In this document: piece after piece, positions 19,651-28,186 of the stretch
Numbering within the stretch: the stretch's first letter is position 1
Layout of the letters: each line of letters starts with the position of its first letter
Origin: Nitrospira japonica
Lineage (GTDB): Bacteria; Nitrospirota; Thermodesulfovibrionia; Thermodesulfovibrionales; SM23-35
Length of the DNA stretch: 34,131 nt
Assembly: GCA_020725385.1 (NCBI GenBank)
Contig: DYFC01000047.1
Location: 1-34,131, forward strand
Direction: 5' to 3'
Made by a program: the position numbers and the translations under genes
Notes under the pieces: generated by a model
Told to the model about the DNA's origin: nothing
The model's input: the letters and a program-made list of their open reading frames with translations, nothing else
Databases searched by the model: none

Positions 19651-20378
19651 TAAAATATTGTTTTAATAGCATCTTTTACGACTTCTCCTGCTGTTTCGCT
19701 CAATGTTTTACCTTCAGAACCAAAGTGTCTCATCCAGAAATTTGGACCTTCAGAAGTTTTTCTTATTGACCAGAGGACATTTCCTGTTGATGTTTCTATA
19801 AGTCTTAGATTTATAGTTACTTCAGGATAATTAATATTAACACCCCTTGAAATACCATAATATTCAACAGAACCGGTCATTACAGCGTCAGAGCCTGTTG
19901 AAGTTCCTATTTCTTTAATATCGGAGAGCTTTATCATGCTGATTGATTTTATTTTCATGTCTTTAATCAATCTCGAAACCTCTCCCGGTTCGACAACCTC
20001 TATCCCTCGTGATATTATTTCTGCTATAACTATTCTCCTGATTTTTTCTCCAGCTATTTCTTCTGTAGAAAAATTCTCAAATGGTAAAACAGCTATCTTT
20101 TTAATATTTTTAATATCAGTATCAGACCTTACATAGTGCTTCTGAGTCCCGCAACCATATACGAAAACAATGAACAAGCAAAGAGCAGAGAGCAGAGAGT
20201 ATAGAGCAAATCCCCCCCCGCTCCCGGCTCTTTGTTCTTTGCTCCCGGCTCTTTGTTCTTTGCTCCCGGCTCTTTGTTCTTTGCTCCCGGCTCTTTGCTC
20301 TTTGCTCTTTGTTCTTTGCTCTTTGCTCTTTGCTCTTTGCTCTCGGCTCTTTGCTGCTTTTATTACCAGAACCTGCAT
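19650..20378 (-). CDS. CsgG/DUF799 (GNA1162-like) lipoprotein
   Basis: Lipobox VYGC; paralog of 18952-19527; N-terminus of SKEQRAG repeats. Confidence 0.75.
   Translation of the reverse strand: MQVLVIKAAKSREQRAKSKEQRTKSKEQRAGSKEQRAGSKEQRAGSKEQRAGSGGGFALYSLLSALCLFIVFVYGCGTQKHYVRSDTDIKNIKKIAVLPFENFSTEEIAGEKIRRIVIAEIISRGIEVVEPGEVSRLIKDMKIKSISMIKLSDIKEIGTSTGSDAVMTGSVEYYGISRGVNINYPEVTINLRLIETSTGNVLWSIRKTSEGPNFWMRHFGSEGKTLSETAGEVVKDAIKTIF
20176..20355. repeat. Inverted heptamer arrays, family A, including 21-bp perfect repeats
   Basis: GCTCCCGGCTCTTTGTTCTTT x3 plus 1 variant at 20220-20303; complementary arm 20176-20210; C8 run between arms. Confidence 0.92.
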
Positions 20379-22813
20379 GTAAGGTTTCCTCCGATGTTAT
20401 ATGTTTCTTTTTTTACGTCTTCTTTATCATATGTGTAAGAATAATTAAGCTGTAATTCAAGAAATTTTGTTATATACCAGATTAAATAAGTACTTATGTT
20501 ATGCAATATTCTTGATTTCTCTTCCATAAAATTATGTTGATAAGATGCATTCATTCTAACAGCGGGCAGGAAAAGCCAGTCAATCATAATTCCTTCAGAG
20601 GAATTTGTATCTCCATCTGAATCAGTAACTTTCATTGTTCCAGATATACTGAAAAATCTACCCGGACGATAGGTTAAAATAAAACCGCCGTCCATTAGAT
20701 CCGAAGATGTAGCTCCTGTTGTTCTACTATATCCATATGAAAGGTTTGTAGATATTTTTGCAGTAAGCCGTGCATCAATTGTTCCTCTGATATATCTCAC
20801 CTTGGTGGTTAAATCTTCAGTGGGAGTATATGAAGTATAAGAAGATGAAGGATTTTCAATAGCATACGTTTTTGTTTGAGTATAACCAAAATCAGTTATC
20901 ATATTAACATCTCTGTGTAATTTTGAACCAATTGTTAGAAGATAAAGGTCATTCAATGATTGCTTTTCACTGAAGGTATAGCTAATTGTCCTTATAAACG
21001 ATAGATTAGCATCAAGAGTTAATAATGGAGTATAACTGAAGTTTATGCCATATGTATCCGACATAATATCAGATTCCTTTTTATTATCAAAAGATTCATT
21101 CTTCTGATAGCGCAAGGTTGTTGTCAAAGGTCTGAACATCTGCCATGAAACATGCCCTCCATATGACCTATTTACATTTATTCTAAGCTTTTTGTCTAAT
21201 TCAATTTCTGGCTTGCTAAATAAATTCTCAAAAGCTCCACCTGTTGCTTCAAAGAAAGATTCGGGTTCCTGATCTGTACGGTTAAGGAAATAGTTCAAAG
21301 AAAGGGTTACAGTTCTAACCGGTTTTATAACTGTTCCAAGACTTACTCCATTTGATATATAAGTGATAGTATCGGTTATTTTTCCTGTTACAGGTACAAT
21401 TTCAGTGCCAGAAGCTTCTATTTCTGTAACCAGAACATCAGATATAGAAGCTGTGTTTAGAGTAACAATTTTAAAATAAAGAGCCTTCTGAGGGCTTATA
21501 AATTTTATCTTGTACATATAAATATCATTTAATTGCTCTCTTTTATAGTCAGTTTCAACAGGCTGAATCTCCACCTTTGACCATGAACCTATCATATTTG
21601 AATCACTTCTATATACTTCAATATCAGTAATTGTTCCTTGAAGATTAGTTTCTGTACGAACATCTTTATTTACATAAAGAATAATTTTATTTACAGTATC
21701 CGTATTTGAGATAAGATGCACTCCTATATTTTGATTTCTATTTCCATTGAAACCGATATTAATAGTCCCTGATGATGTAGAAATAGGAGTAATATAATTT
21801 TTATCTATAAGCCCTGCAGCAGGATTCAGTGTATCAGCAGAAGGCTGGGTATCTGTGCCTGATGCATAAAGCCCCTCCTGGGCATATCTTAATTTGTCTA
21901 TTTCTGTTCCTGCAGGAGCAAAAGTCTGATTTTTATTTTTGACATAATTTCCCTGTAGTCCTGCTGTTATGCTGAAATTATTTCTAAAAAAAGTAGGATT
22001 GAAATTGATAGAATATGAAGCATTAAAACTATCATTTATTGTTTTAGTCGTAGAAGAGGTAGGAGTTTTCATTTCATCTCTGGTATATGTAAGATTATAA
22101 GAAAACTTAGCTGCTCTATAATTATAGTCATACCATGTACTTCCGGCATATTTGGTATTTGTGCTATCAAGAACTTTTGGCGAAAGATGATCGTAATCTT
22201 TTTGATAGTCTGCCTGTAGAGATAATGAAGGAAGGTTTTTGGGCTGTAGATTAAATCTTGAATAATAATATTCTGTTGTTCTTCTTTCATCATTCGAAAG
22301 GCTTGCTGAATTCCATTGTTCAAGTCTTCTTGTCCCTAAATCAAAACGATAAAGAGGATTCTGCAAGAATATATCAAGAGCAGGTTCTATAGCTCTAAGA
22401 TAATTACTTGTCTTATTGCCTTTTTCATCTTTCGTATGGCTGTCATTTAAGGTTGACCTGAGATATAACTGGTAAGAGATTAAAGGGGTAACTGATTTAT
22501 CAAGCCTGAAATAGTAATTCTGTAAAAAACTGTTTGATGATTCTGTCCTTGAACCATCTTCATATTGTTTTGTATCAGTATAATTAAAATTAAACCACGC
22601 AGATGGCCCCTCGGCATATGCATTTGAAAAAGCAAAGAGCGAAGAGCAAAGAGCGAAGAGCAGAGAGCAGAGAGCAATAAGAAAAAAGTTAACACGGTTT
22701 ACATGGGTTACATAGTTTACTCTGTTTACATGGTTTATACGGTTTAAACCGAGTAAACAAAGTAAACTGTGTAAACTAAGTAAACTGAGTGAACTTTTTT
22801 TCTTATAACCCAT
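20363..22813 (-). CDS. Large outer-membrane beta-barrel protein with inserted soluble domain
   Basis: Signal ending AYA, alternating aromatic beta-strands, C-terminal aromatic (RFW). Confidence 0.75.
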   Translation of the reverse strand: MGYKKKSSLSLLSLHSLLCLLGLNRINHVNRVNYVTHVNRVNFFLIALCSLLFALCSSLFAFSNAYAEGPSAWFNFNYTDTKQYEDGSRTESSNSFLQNYYFRLDKSVTPLISYQLYLRSTLNDSHTKDEKGNKTSNYLRAIEPALDIFLQNPLYRFDLGTRRLEQWNSASLSNDERRTTEYYYSRFNLQPKNLPSLSLQADYQKDYDHLSPKVLDSTNTKYAGSTWYDYNYRAAKFSYNLTYTRDEMKTPTSSTTKTINDSFNASYSINFNPTFFRNNFSITAGLQGNYVKNKNQTFAPAGTEIDKLRYAQEGLYASGTDTQPSADTLNPAAGLIDKNYITPISTSSGTINIGFNGNRNQNIGVHLISNTDTVNKIILYVNKDVRTETNLQGTITDIEVYRSDSNMIGSWSKVEIQPVETDYKREQLNDIYMYKIKFISPQKALYFKIVTLNTASISDVLVTEIEASGTEIVPVTGKITDTITYISNGVSLGTVIKPVRTVTLSLNYFLNRTDQEPESFFEATGGAFENLFSKPEIELDKKLRINVNRSYGGHVSWQMFRPLTTTLRYQKNESFDNKKESDIMSDTYGINFSYTPLLTLDANLSFIRTISYTFSEKQSLNDLYLLTIGSKLHRDVNMITDFGYTQTKTYAIENPSSSYTSYTPTEDLTTKVRYIRGTIDARLTAKISTNLSYGYSRTTGATSSDLMDGGFILTYRPGRFFSISGTMKVTDSDGDTNSSEGIMIDWLFLPAVRMNASYQHNFMEEKSRILHNISTYLIWYITKFLELQLNYSYTYDKEDVKKETYNIGGNLTCRFW
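22628..22795. repeat. Nonamer inverted arrays (22688-22795) plus heptamer array (22628-22677) forming the barrel signal peptide
   Basis: Encodes SLLSLHSLL / NHVNRVNYV / ALCSLLFALCS. Confidence 0.88.
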
Positions 22814-22890
22814 ACCTTTAAGAAAACTTCCTCCTTAAATATTCAAGTCCCTCAACCCCCTTTTTTGTTTCCTTATGTCATTTCAACTTT

Positions 22891-22960
22891 GTAAACCGGG
22901 CAAACTATGTAAACTATGTAAACTAAGCAAACCGTGTAAACTATGTTAACTGTGTTGACT
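22891..22960. repeat. Nonamer array, family B, single arm
   Basis: About 8 units GTAAACYRN directly after stop 22962. Confidence 0.85.
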
Positions 22961-22961
22961 T

Positions 22962-24716
22962 TCAATAAGGAAACATTGCTATACCGTATGGATTTTTACC
23001 AACTGGTATAACCTTTTCTTCAGATATAGTTGTTTTATCAACAACAGTAACAGAGTCATCTCCTCTGTTGACTGTATATATTTTTCTGCCTTCAGGATCC
23101 ATGATAAAAGATTTTGGTGAAGTTCCAACCTGAATATTTGCAATTACTGGCGATACAGTTGTTCTTGCTGCACTGAATGCTTCTGAAAAAGGCCTGATTA
23201 CCGTGATTTCTGATGGATATTCTTTTAGCAAATAAAAGCGGTCAATATCAGGGTCTGGAATTATGCCTGTTACCTTAGTTCCAACATTTGCTATCTCGCT
23301 GACAACACCGCTTTCATATCCTTTTGCTATAAGAACTATGTCGATAACTGACAGGTTGTCATAATTATAATTTCCAACATAAACTTTTCCACGCTGATAA
23401 TCAACTGCAAGGGTAACCGGAGACCATTGAACCGGAAGTAAAAAGATTTTTTCAGGCTTTAATTTTTGAGAATCCATTTTAATTAAAGTCACATCTTTTG
23501 AATTTTTGTTTGCAACATAAACATTAAAGTATTTATCCCTATAATTTCTAAGTGAATTAAAATCCTCGAAACTCAAGAATCTTGTCTGCTGTAAAATATC
23601 CAAAGGCGGATCCGCGACAATATATACAGGATTATTTCCTGTGTTTATCTTGTCAATCTCCTGATAAGTTGCACTGTCAACAACAGAGACATTATCCGAA
23701 CCATAATTGGCAATAAAAAGAAGTTCCCTCTCAGGAGATATTTTTGCAACTGTAATGCTCTCGGGTGAATTTCCAAAACGTAACGGAATTTCGGTTTCAA
23801 CCTTATGCGTGGTTGGATTTATAACAGAAACACTTCCAGAAACTGAATTTACAACATAAACTCTTGGTTTTTCTCTGATCTGACTGACTGCAATACCTCT
23901 TGGTTTTTTGCCAACCATAATATTTGCAACTACATCATCTGTCTGCCTGTTAATAACAGAAACATTATTGGAATCTTCATTTGTAACATATATAAGAAGA
24001 CTGCTTAATTCAGGTGATTGCGTCTTTAAAGAAAATATCGGATTAAACTGGAAACCATCTCTAATAGAATTATCTGAATTCCATGTTAAAAATAAAGGAG
24101 AGCTTTGATTTCTTATGACATTTAAATCAATATCTAATGTCAACCATTCAGATGGGATTGAAAGACTCGCTGTCCTGCCCTCTTTCTTTAATATTGCATC
24201 TTTTATCTTGAATTGAAGCTTTTTGTATCTTCCTTGAGGAATATTAACCTCGCCTAAAATTATCTGTTTGTTAGATAAAGAAATTGAATTTATCTTTAAT
24301 GGCTTTGAAGACACTTCCTTTGGTTCATTGTTTTCAGAAACTATTTGTATTGATTGAATCTCAAAAGTTATGTCAGTTGATACTTTTTCAGTGCCTTTAA
24401 GATAAATAATTACCTGTCCATCAGATATTCCACCTGATGTTATATGTTCCTTAACAGAAGAACAGCCAAAAGGCAAGCAGAGAGCGAAGAGCAAAGAGCA
24501 AAAAGCTAAGAGCATAGAGCGGAGAGCTGAGAGAAAAGGACGGGGAGCAAAAAGCAAAGAGCGTAGAGCGTAGAGCGTAGAGCAAAGAGCATAGAGCATA
24601 GAGCTTAGAGCGAAGAGCAAAGAGCGAATTTCACTAAACACAACTCTATAACCATTGGAAAAAATCCAAATGTTTAGTCCTGCAATTTTTTTATAAAACC
24701 GCTTATCATTCGACAT
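22962..24716 (-). CDS. Lipoprotein with DUF4382-like N-domain and YVTN beta-propeller
   Basis: YVTNEDSNNVSVI, YVVNSVSG, FIANYGSDNVSVVD, PVGKNPYGI; lipobox PFGC; start uncertain. Confidence 0.82.
   Translation of the reverse strand: MSNDKRFYKKIAGLNIWIFSNGYRVVFSEIRSLLFALSSMLYALCSTLYALRSLLFAPRPFLSALRSMLLAFCSLLFALCLPFGCSSVKEHITSGGISDGQVIIYLKGTEKVSTDITFEIQSIQIVSENNEPKEVSSKPLKINSISLSNKQIILGEVNIPQGRYKKLQFKIKDAILKKEGRTASLSIPSEWLTLDIDLNVIRNQSSPLFLTWNSDNSIRDGFQFNPIFSLKTQSPELSSLLIYVTNEDSNNVSVINRQTDDVVANIMVGKKPRGIAVSQIREKPRVYVVNSVSGSVSVINPTTHKVETEIPLRFGNSPESITVAKISPERELLFIANYGSDNVSVVDSATYQEIDKINTGNNPVYIVADPPLDILQQTRFLSFEDFNSLRNYRDKYFNVYVANKNSKDVTLIKMDSQKLKPEKIFLLPVQWSPVTLAVDYQRGKVYVGNYNYDNLSVIDIVLIAKGYESGVVSEIANVGTKVTGIIPDPDIDRFYLLKEYPSEITVIRPFSEAFSAARTTVSPVIANIQVGTSPKSFIMDPEGRKIYTVNRGDDSVTVVDKTTISEEKVIPVGKNPYGIAMFPY
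24474..24628. repeat. Heptamer array, family A (NNGCTCT on mRNA), downstream arm
   Basis: About 20 units encoding SLLFALSSMLYALCS... Confidence 0.9.
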
Positions 24717-25027
24717 AATTCCTCAAGTTCCAACAATACCTTTTCTTTGACATTGTTTTGTATATATTTCCTTTTTTCAAAAATAATCATCATATTTGCG
24801 TTTTCAAAACATGATCTTTTAGCAATATTTAAAAATTTAATAAAATCCTTCCTTGAATTACTTCCCGATCCTTCAGCAATATTATTCGAGATTGACAGAG
24901 CAGCTCCTCTTAGCTGTTCAGCAAATCTATATAACTTTTTATCTTCGATATCATCTGAAATATCAAACAATTCTTCTGCAATATCAATTGATTTCTTCCA
25001 TATGTCTAAGTTCTCAAACCTAAACAT
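24674..25027 (-). CDS. Four-helix-bundle protein (23S rRNA IVS protein family, Avd-like fold)
   Basis: FENLDIWKKS...QLRGAALSISNNIAEGSG...FIKFLNIAKRSCFE...MISGFI signature. Confidence 0.92.
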   Translation of the reverse strand: MFRFENLDIWKKSIDIAEELFDISDDIEDKKLYRFAEQLRGAALSISNNIAEGSGSNSRKDFIKFLNIAKRSCFENANMMIIFEKRKYIQNNVKEKVLLELEELCRMISGFIKKLQD

Positions 25028-25028
25028 T

Positions 25029-25088
25029 TCTCTTTGCTCTCCGCTCTAAGCTCTATGCTCTTAGGTCTTTGCTCTTCGCTCTTTGCTC
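25029..25088. repeat. Heptamer array, family A (AGAGCNN on mRNA), upstream arm
   Basis: About 8 units filling the gap from stop 25087 to ATG 25027. Confidence 0.9.
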
Positions 25089-26070
25089 ATTCCTTTACTT
25101 CAAACACCTGTATTCTGTCATTGAAAGTATCGGCTACGAGTAATCTGCCTGATATGTCAACTGCTATATCTCTTGGATGCTGAAACCAGCCTTCTCCCCA
25201 GCCAAGACCTCCAAACTCTGTGAGGTATTTTCCTGTTTTGTCATATATTGAAATCGTATGCCTCATATAATCATCTATGTATATCAGACCTTTTTTGTCA
25301 TCAATAGCAATAGATACAGGTCTGCTTAATTTTCCTGAACCACCGCCTTTTTCACCGAATTTGAAAAGAAATTTTCTATTTTCATCATAAACATAAACAC
25401 GGCTTTCTTCTTCGCTTAAAATATAAATCTTGCCTTCATTATCAATTTTTACATCAATTGTTTTTACCTTCTGACTGTTTTCCTCTGGAGAAATCGTCTC
25501 AATATATTTCCCGTTGCTATCAGTTATTATTATTCCCGGATAACTATTGCCAGCGATATAAAGATTTCCTTTTTTATCAGAAGATATTCTATATGGCATG
25601 AACTTATCACAATCTTTAAATCCTTCAACATAAATATCTTTTTGCCATATCAGGCATGGATTATAAACAGATATCCTGCATTTTTTATGTGATTTGCTTT
25701 GTCCCTGAATAACATACACATAGCCAGCGCTATCTACTGTCAATGCCTGCGGAGCATCTATATCATTTCTTTTATCAAGAGTTATAATTGGAAATAAATC
25801 TGCTGTATATATAATTATCCTTCCCATTCCATCAATTACATATATCTCATTTTTTACAGGTTCAGAATATACAAAAGAAGGATAACGTATTCTCAAGTCC
25901 TCTTCATCTGTGCTTATATAATTCAGATAATTCACAGATGGGTTAGCATAAGCAAAATTAGCAAAAATTGATATTATGAACTGAAATATTATTGCTTTTG
26001 ATATTAATTTTATGTTTTGCTTCTTACACATAACTAAACCACCTTCGTTAAACCTCTTCATTTTTTTCAT
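25087..26070 (-). CDS. NHL-repeat beta-propeller protein, exported
   Basis: FGEKGGGSGKLSRPVSIA, FQHPRDIAVD...VADTFNDRIQVF; start may be ATG 26031. Confidence 0.88.
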   Translation of the reverse strand: MKKMKRFNEGGLVMCKKQNIKLISKAIIFQFIISIFANFAYANPSVNYLNYISTDEEDLRIRYPSFVYSEPVKNEIYVIDGMGRIIIYTADLFPIITLDKRNDIDAPQALTVDSAGYVYVIQGQSKSHKKCRISVYNPCLIWQKDIYVEGFKDCDKFMPYRISSDKKGNLYIAGNSYPGIIITDSNGKYIETISPEENSQKVKTIDVKIDNEGKIYILSEEESRVYVYDENRKFLFKFGEKGGGSGKLSRPVSIAIDDKKGLIYIDDYMRHTISIYDKTGKYLTEFGGLGWGEGWFQHPRDIAVDISGRLLVADTFNDRIQVFEVKE

Positions 26071-26118
26071 TTAGCTGTAAGACCTTCGTTATTACCCTAC
26101 CTTCTAACTAATTCATTT

Positions 26119-26147
26119 TGGATACCACGATCAAGTCGTGGTATGAC
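26119..26147. repeat. REP-like palindrome
   Basis: TGG-ATACCACGA-TCAAG-TCGTGGTAT-GAC; same loop and ends as 11222-11251. Confidence 0.7.
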
Positions 26148-26183
26148 TGAATAAGAAAGAGCCTCGTTTAGTTCATCCTTTCA

Positions 26184-26243
26184 CAAACTGTTTTAACTGA
26201 CTTAACCATGTAAACTGTGTAAACCAAGTAAACTATGTAAACT
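26184..26243. repeat. Nonamer array, family B, single arm
   Basis: GTAAACTGT GTAAACCAA GTAAACTAT GTAAACT plus degenerate units. Confidence 0.8.
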
Positions 26244-26259
26244 TTTTAGATGGTTTACA

Positions 26260-26293
26260 AAAATGGGTCAGTATAAATAAACTGACCCATTTT
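26260..26293 (-). terminator. Rho-independent terminator/attenuator after the first OmcS-like gene
   Basis: 13-bp stem AAAATGGGTCAGT / ACTGACCCATTTT with T tail. Confidence 0.82.
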
Positions 26294-26315
26294 CTGAATT
26301 TTCCTATCCCGTCCC

Positions 26316-27353
26316 TTACCTCTGCAAGTGATGACATCCAAGACAGCCTGTTGTTCCTCCTCCACCGGCAGACATTGTTGCATAATCCCATCTCAAAATA
26401 TCATTGTAAGGTGTTCCGTGAGCTCTGTGGCAGGATACACAGGTAACCCTTGCGCCTGTTGTCGTATAAGCGGTAGTTGTTGTAGCAGAAGTATATTCAG
26501 CGCCATTAAAACCAAAAGGATTATTCTCATAGTCAACAGTAACAAGTGCCATATTCCATCCTGTTGCAGCGGATAACAGGTTTTCGGTAGGATGTCTTAT
26601 CCATGTGCTTCCATTATGCACATCGGTATCACCATGAAAATCGCCATGACATAATGAACACAACGCACTGATAGAATCTCTCGCAGTATCATTTATTCCG
26701 GAAGTCGCATAATAGACGTTATGATTGGTTGATGTTGCGCCGCCAAGTTCCCAGTTGCTTGAGCCTTTTCCTTGAATTGCAGTAGATGCTGCACCATCAT
26801 AGAATTGTAAATAGCGGTATCCTTGTTTCCATCCATGATGGAATCCTCTTATTCCAGCATCACTTCCAGCCTGGGTATGATCTCCATGGCAACCGAGTGT
26901 ACCGGCACAGGTCAATTGAGCTGCTCCAGCAGGTTCTGCATATCCGCCACTTTCAGCGCCAGGTGTAGCATTCAATAATTCAACCTCTTCACGTGTCCAT
27001 GAAATATCTCTTACATTATGAACTTTGTGATAGTCACCTGCTGCTGCATCAACTACAGTAGCTTTGAATGTGCCACCTGCTGTCATATCGGTTCCTGGTG
27101 TACCAAAAATATTCGGGGCTCCAGAGCCTGCAATTAATCCAGCATGACAACCTGTACATGAAGCTCTTGTAAGGTGTCCATAAGGTGTTGTAGAGTTATT
27201 GCCAGCATCATCTTTCGCCATTGGAGCATTGTTCTGGCTATTGTGCATTGTATGGCATTTGTCGCACCTACCTGTTACCTTTGCGTAAGCAAAGCTTGAG
27301 ATAAGACCGAGTGAAAGCATTGTAATTAAACCTACTAATAAAATCTTTCTCAT
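26316..27353 (-). CDS. OmcS-like hexaheme cytochrome, likely major subunit (5 CxxCH + CX5CH)
   Basis: CDKCHTMHNS, AGGTF, HNV, CAGTLGCH, RHPTE, CVSCHRAH, CLGCH; AGGAGGTG RBS before ATG 27353. Confidence 0.87.
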   Translation of the reverse strand: MRKILLVGLITMLSLGLISSFAYAKVTGRCDKCHTMHNSQNNAPMAKDDAGNNSTTPYGHLTRASCTGCHAGLIAGSGAPNIFGTPGTDMTAGGTFKATVVDAAAGDYHKVHNVRDISWTREEVELLNATPGAESGGYAEPAGAAQLTCAGTLGCHGDHTQAGSDAGIRGFHHGWKQGYRYLQFYDGAASTAIQGKGSSNWELGGATSTNHNVYYATSGINDTARDSISALCSLCHGDFHGDTDVHNGSTWIRHPTENLLSAATGWNMALVTVDYENNPFGFNGAEYTSATTTTAYTTTGARVTCVSCHRAHGTPYNDILRWDYATMSAGGGGTTGCLGCHHLQR

Positions 27354-27466
27354 ATTTTTCACCTCCTTCCTTTTATATATAAGCTAAAAGCCTGCCAGCC
27401 TTTATCTTCTAATTTATTTATATTTTGCTAATTTACTTTTGCTTTATAATAATTTCCTTTCCATTG

Positions 27467-27506
27467 CAACCGTGTAAACTGTGTAAACTAAGTAAACTAT
27501 GTAAAT
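27467..27506. repeat. Nonamer array, family B, in 5' leader
   Basis: GTAAACTGT GTAAACTAA GTAAACTAT GTAAAT. Confidence 0.8.
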
Positions 27507-27523
27507 TGTCTAATTTATATAAA

Positions 27524-27539
27524 CGCAATAAATGTACCA
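27524..27539 (-). promoter_or_regulatory. sigma54 -24/-12 promoter of the cytochrome operon
   Basis: TGGTACATTTATTGCG, canonical GG-N10-GC. Confidence 0.65.
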
Positions 27540-27655
27540 CTCCACATTGAATTAGAATTATTACAAATTGTTAGCTTATGATTAAATATAATATTTATGG
27601 CATGGTATTTGTCAAGGTAATTTTATCTTATGCTTAATTATAAATTTTAGCTAAA

Positions 27656-27689
27656 TTCTCATTTTTGAGAATGAGAATGAGAATGAGAA
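27656..27689. promoter_or_regulatory. TTCTCA-N4-TGAGAA plus tandem TGAGAA; putative regulator site
   Basis: Inverted core with four TGAGAA in total; shared with 5264-5296. Confidence 0.5.
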
Positions 27690-27727
27690 AAAATATTGAG
27701 AACCTGAGTTATGATATAATTTAAATT

Positions 27728-28186
27728 ATGATAGAATCGAAAGAACTAAAGAAAAATTCCAATGAGATTAAACAAATAAGAAAAATTCTTTCGAGTTTAA
27801 TAAAAACTAAGGAATACCTACTTGTTGTTTATTTATTTGGTTCTTTTGCAAAGAATTCAGAAAATGAAAAGTCAGATATAGATTTAGCTTTTGTTTTTAA
27901 TGAAAAATTTTATAAAGAAGACCCTTTTAGAGCCTTACAGGAAGCTGAACTATTAGGAGCAGAGATAAATAAAAAGACAAATAAAGCGGTAGATGTAGTA
28001 GTTCTCAATGGCGCTTCTTTAAATTTTGCATATCATGTTGTAAGAGAAGGAATTCCCATTTATGAAAAGAGAGTTGTTGAGAGAATTATCTATGAAGTAA
28101 ATTTAGATAATAAGTATCAAGATTTTATACCTTTTATTAAAGAACTAAGGGAATTAAAGAAGGGAAGTCTTATTGGAAGAGATTAA
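27728..28186 (+). CDS. mntA: MNT antitoxin (minimal nucleotidyltransferase), type VII TA
   Basis: YLFGSFAKNSENEKSDIDLA (GS-X10-DXD); TGATATAAT ends 7 nt before ATG, probably leaderless. Confidence 0.88.
   Translation: MIESKELKKNSNEIKQIRKILSSLIKTKEYLLVVYLFGSFAKNSENEKSDIDLAFVFNEKFYKEDPFRALQEAELLGAEINKKTNKAVDVVVLNGASLNFAYHVVREGIPIYEKRVVERIIYEVNLDNKYQDFIPFIKELRELKKGSLIGRD

Noticed and set aside
24674-25027. Diversity-generating retroelement or rRNA operon
   Set aside because: No reverse transcriptase, no TR/VR pair differing at adenines and no rRNA sequence in the window
27598-27613. Plus-strand sigma54 box TGGCATGGTATTTGTC for the TA pair
   Set aside because: -12 is GT, not GC, and an extended -10 next to the ATG already explains TA transcription
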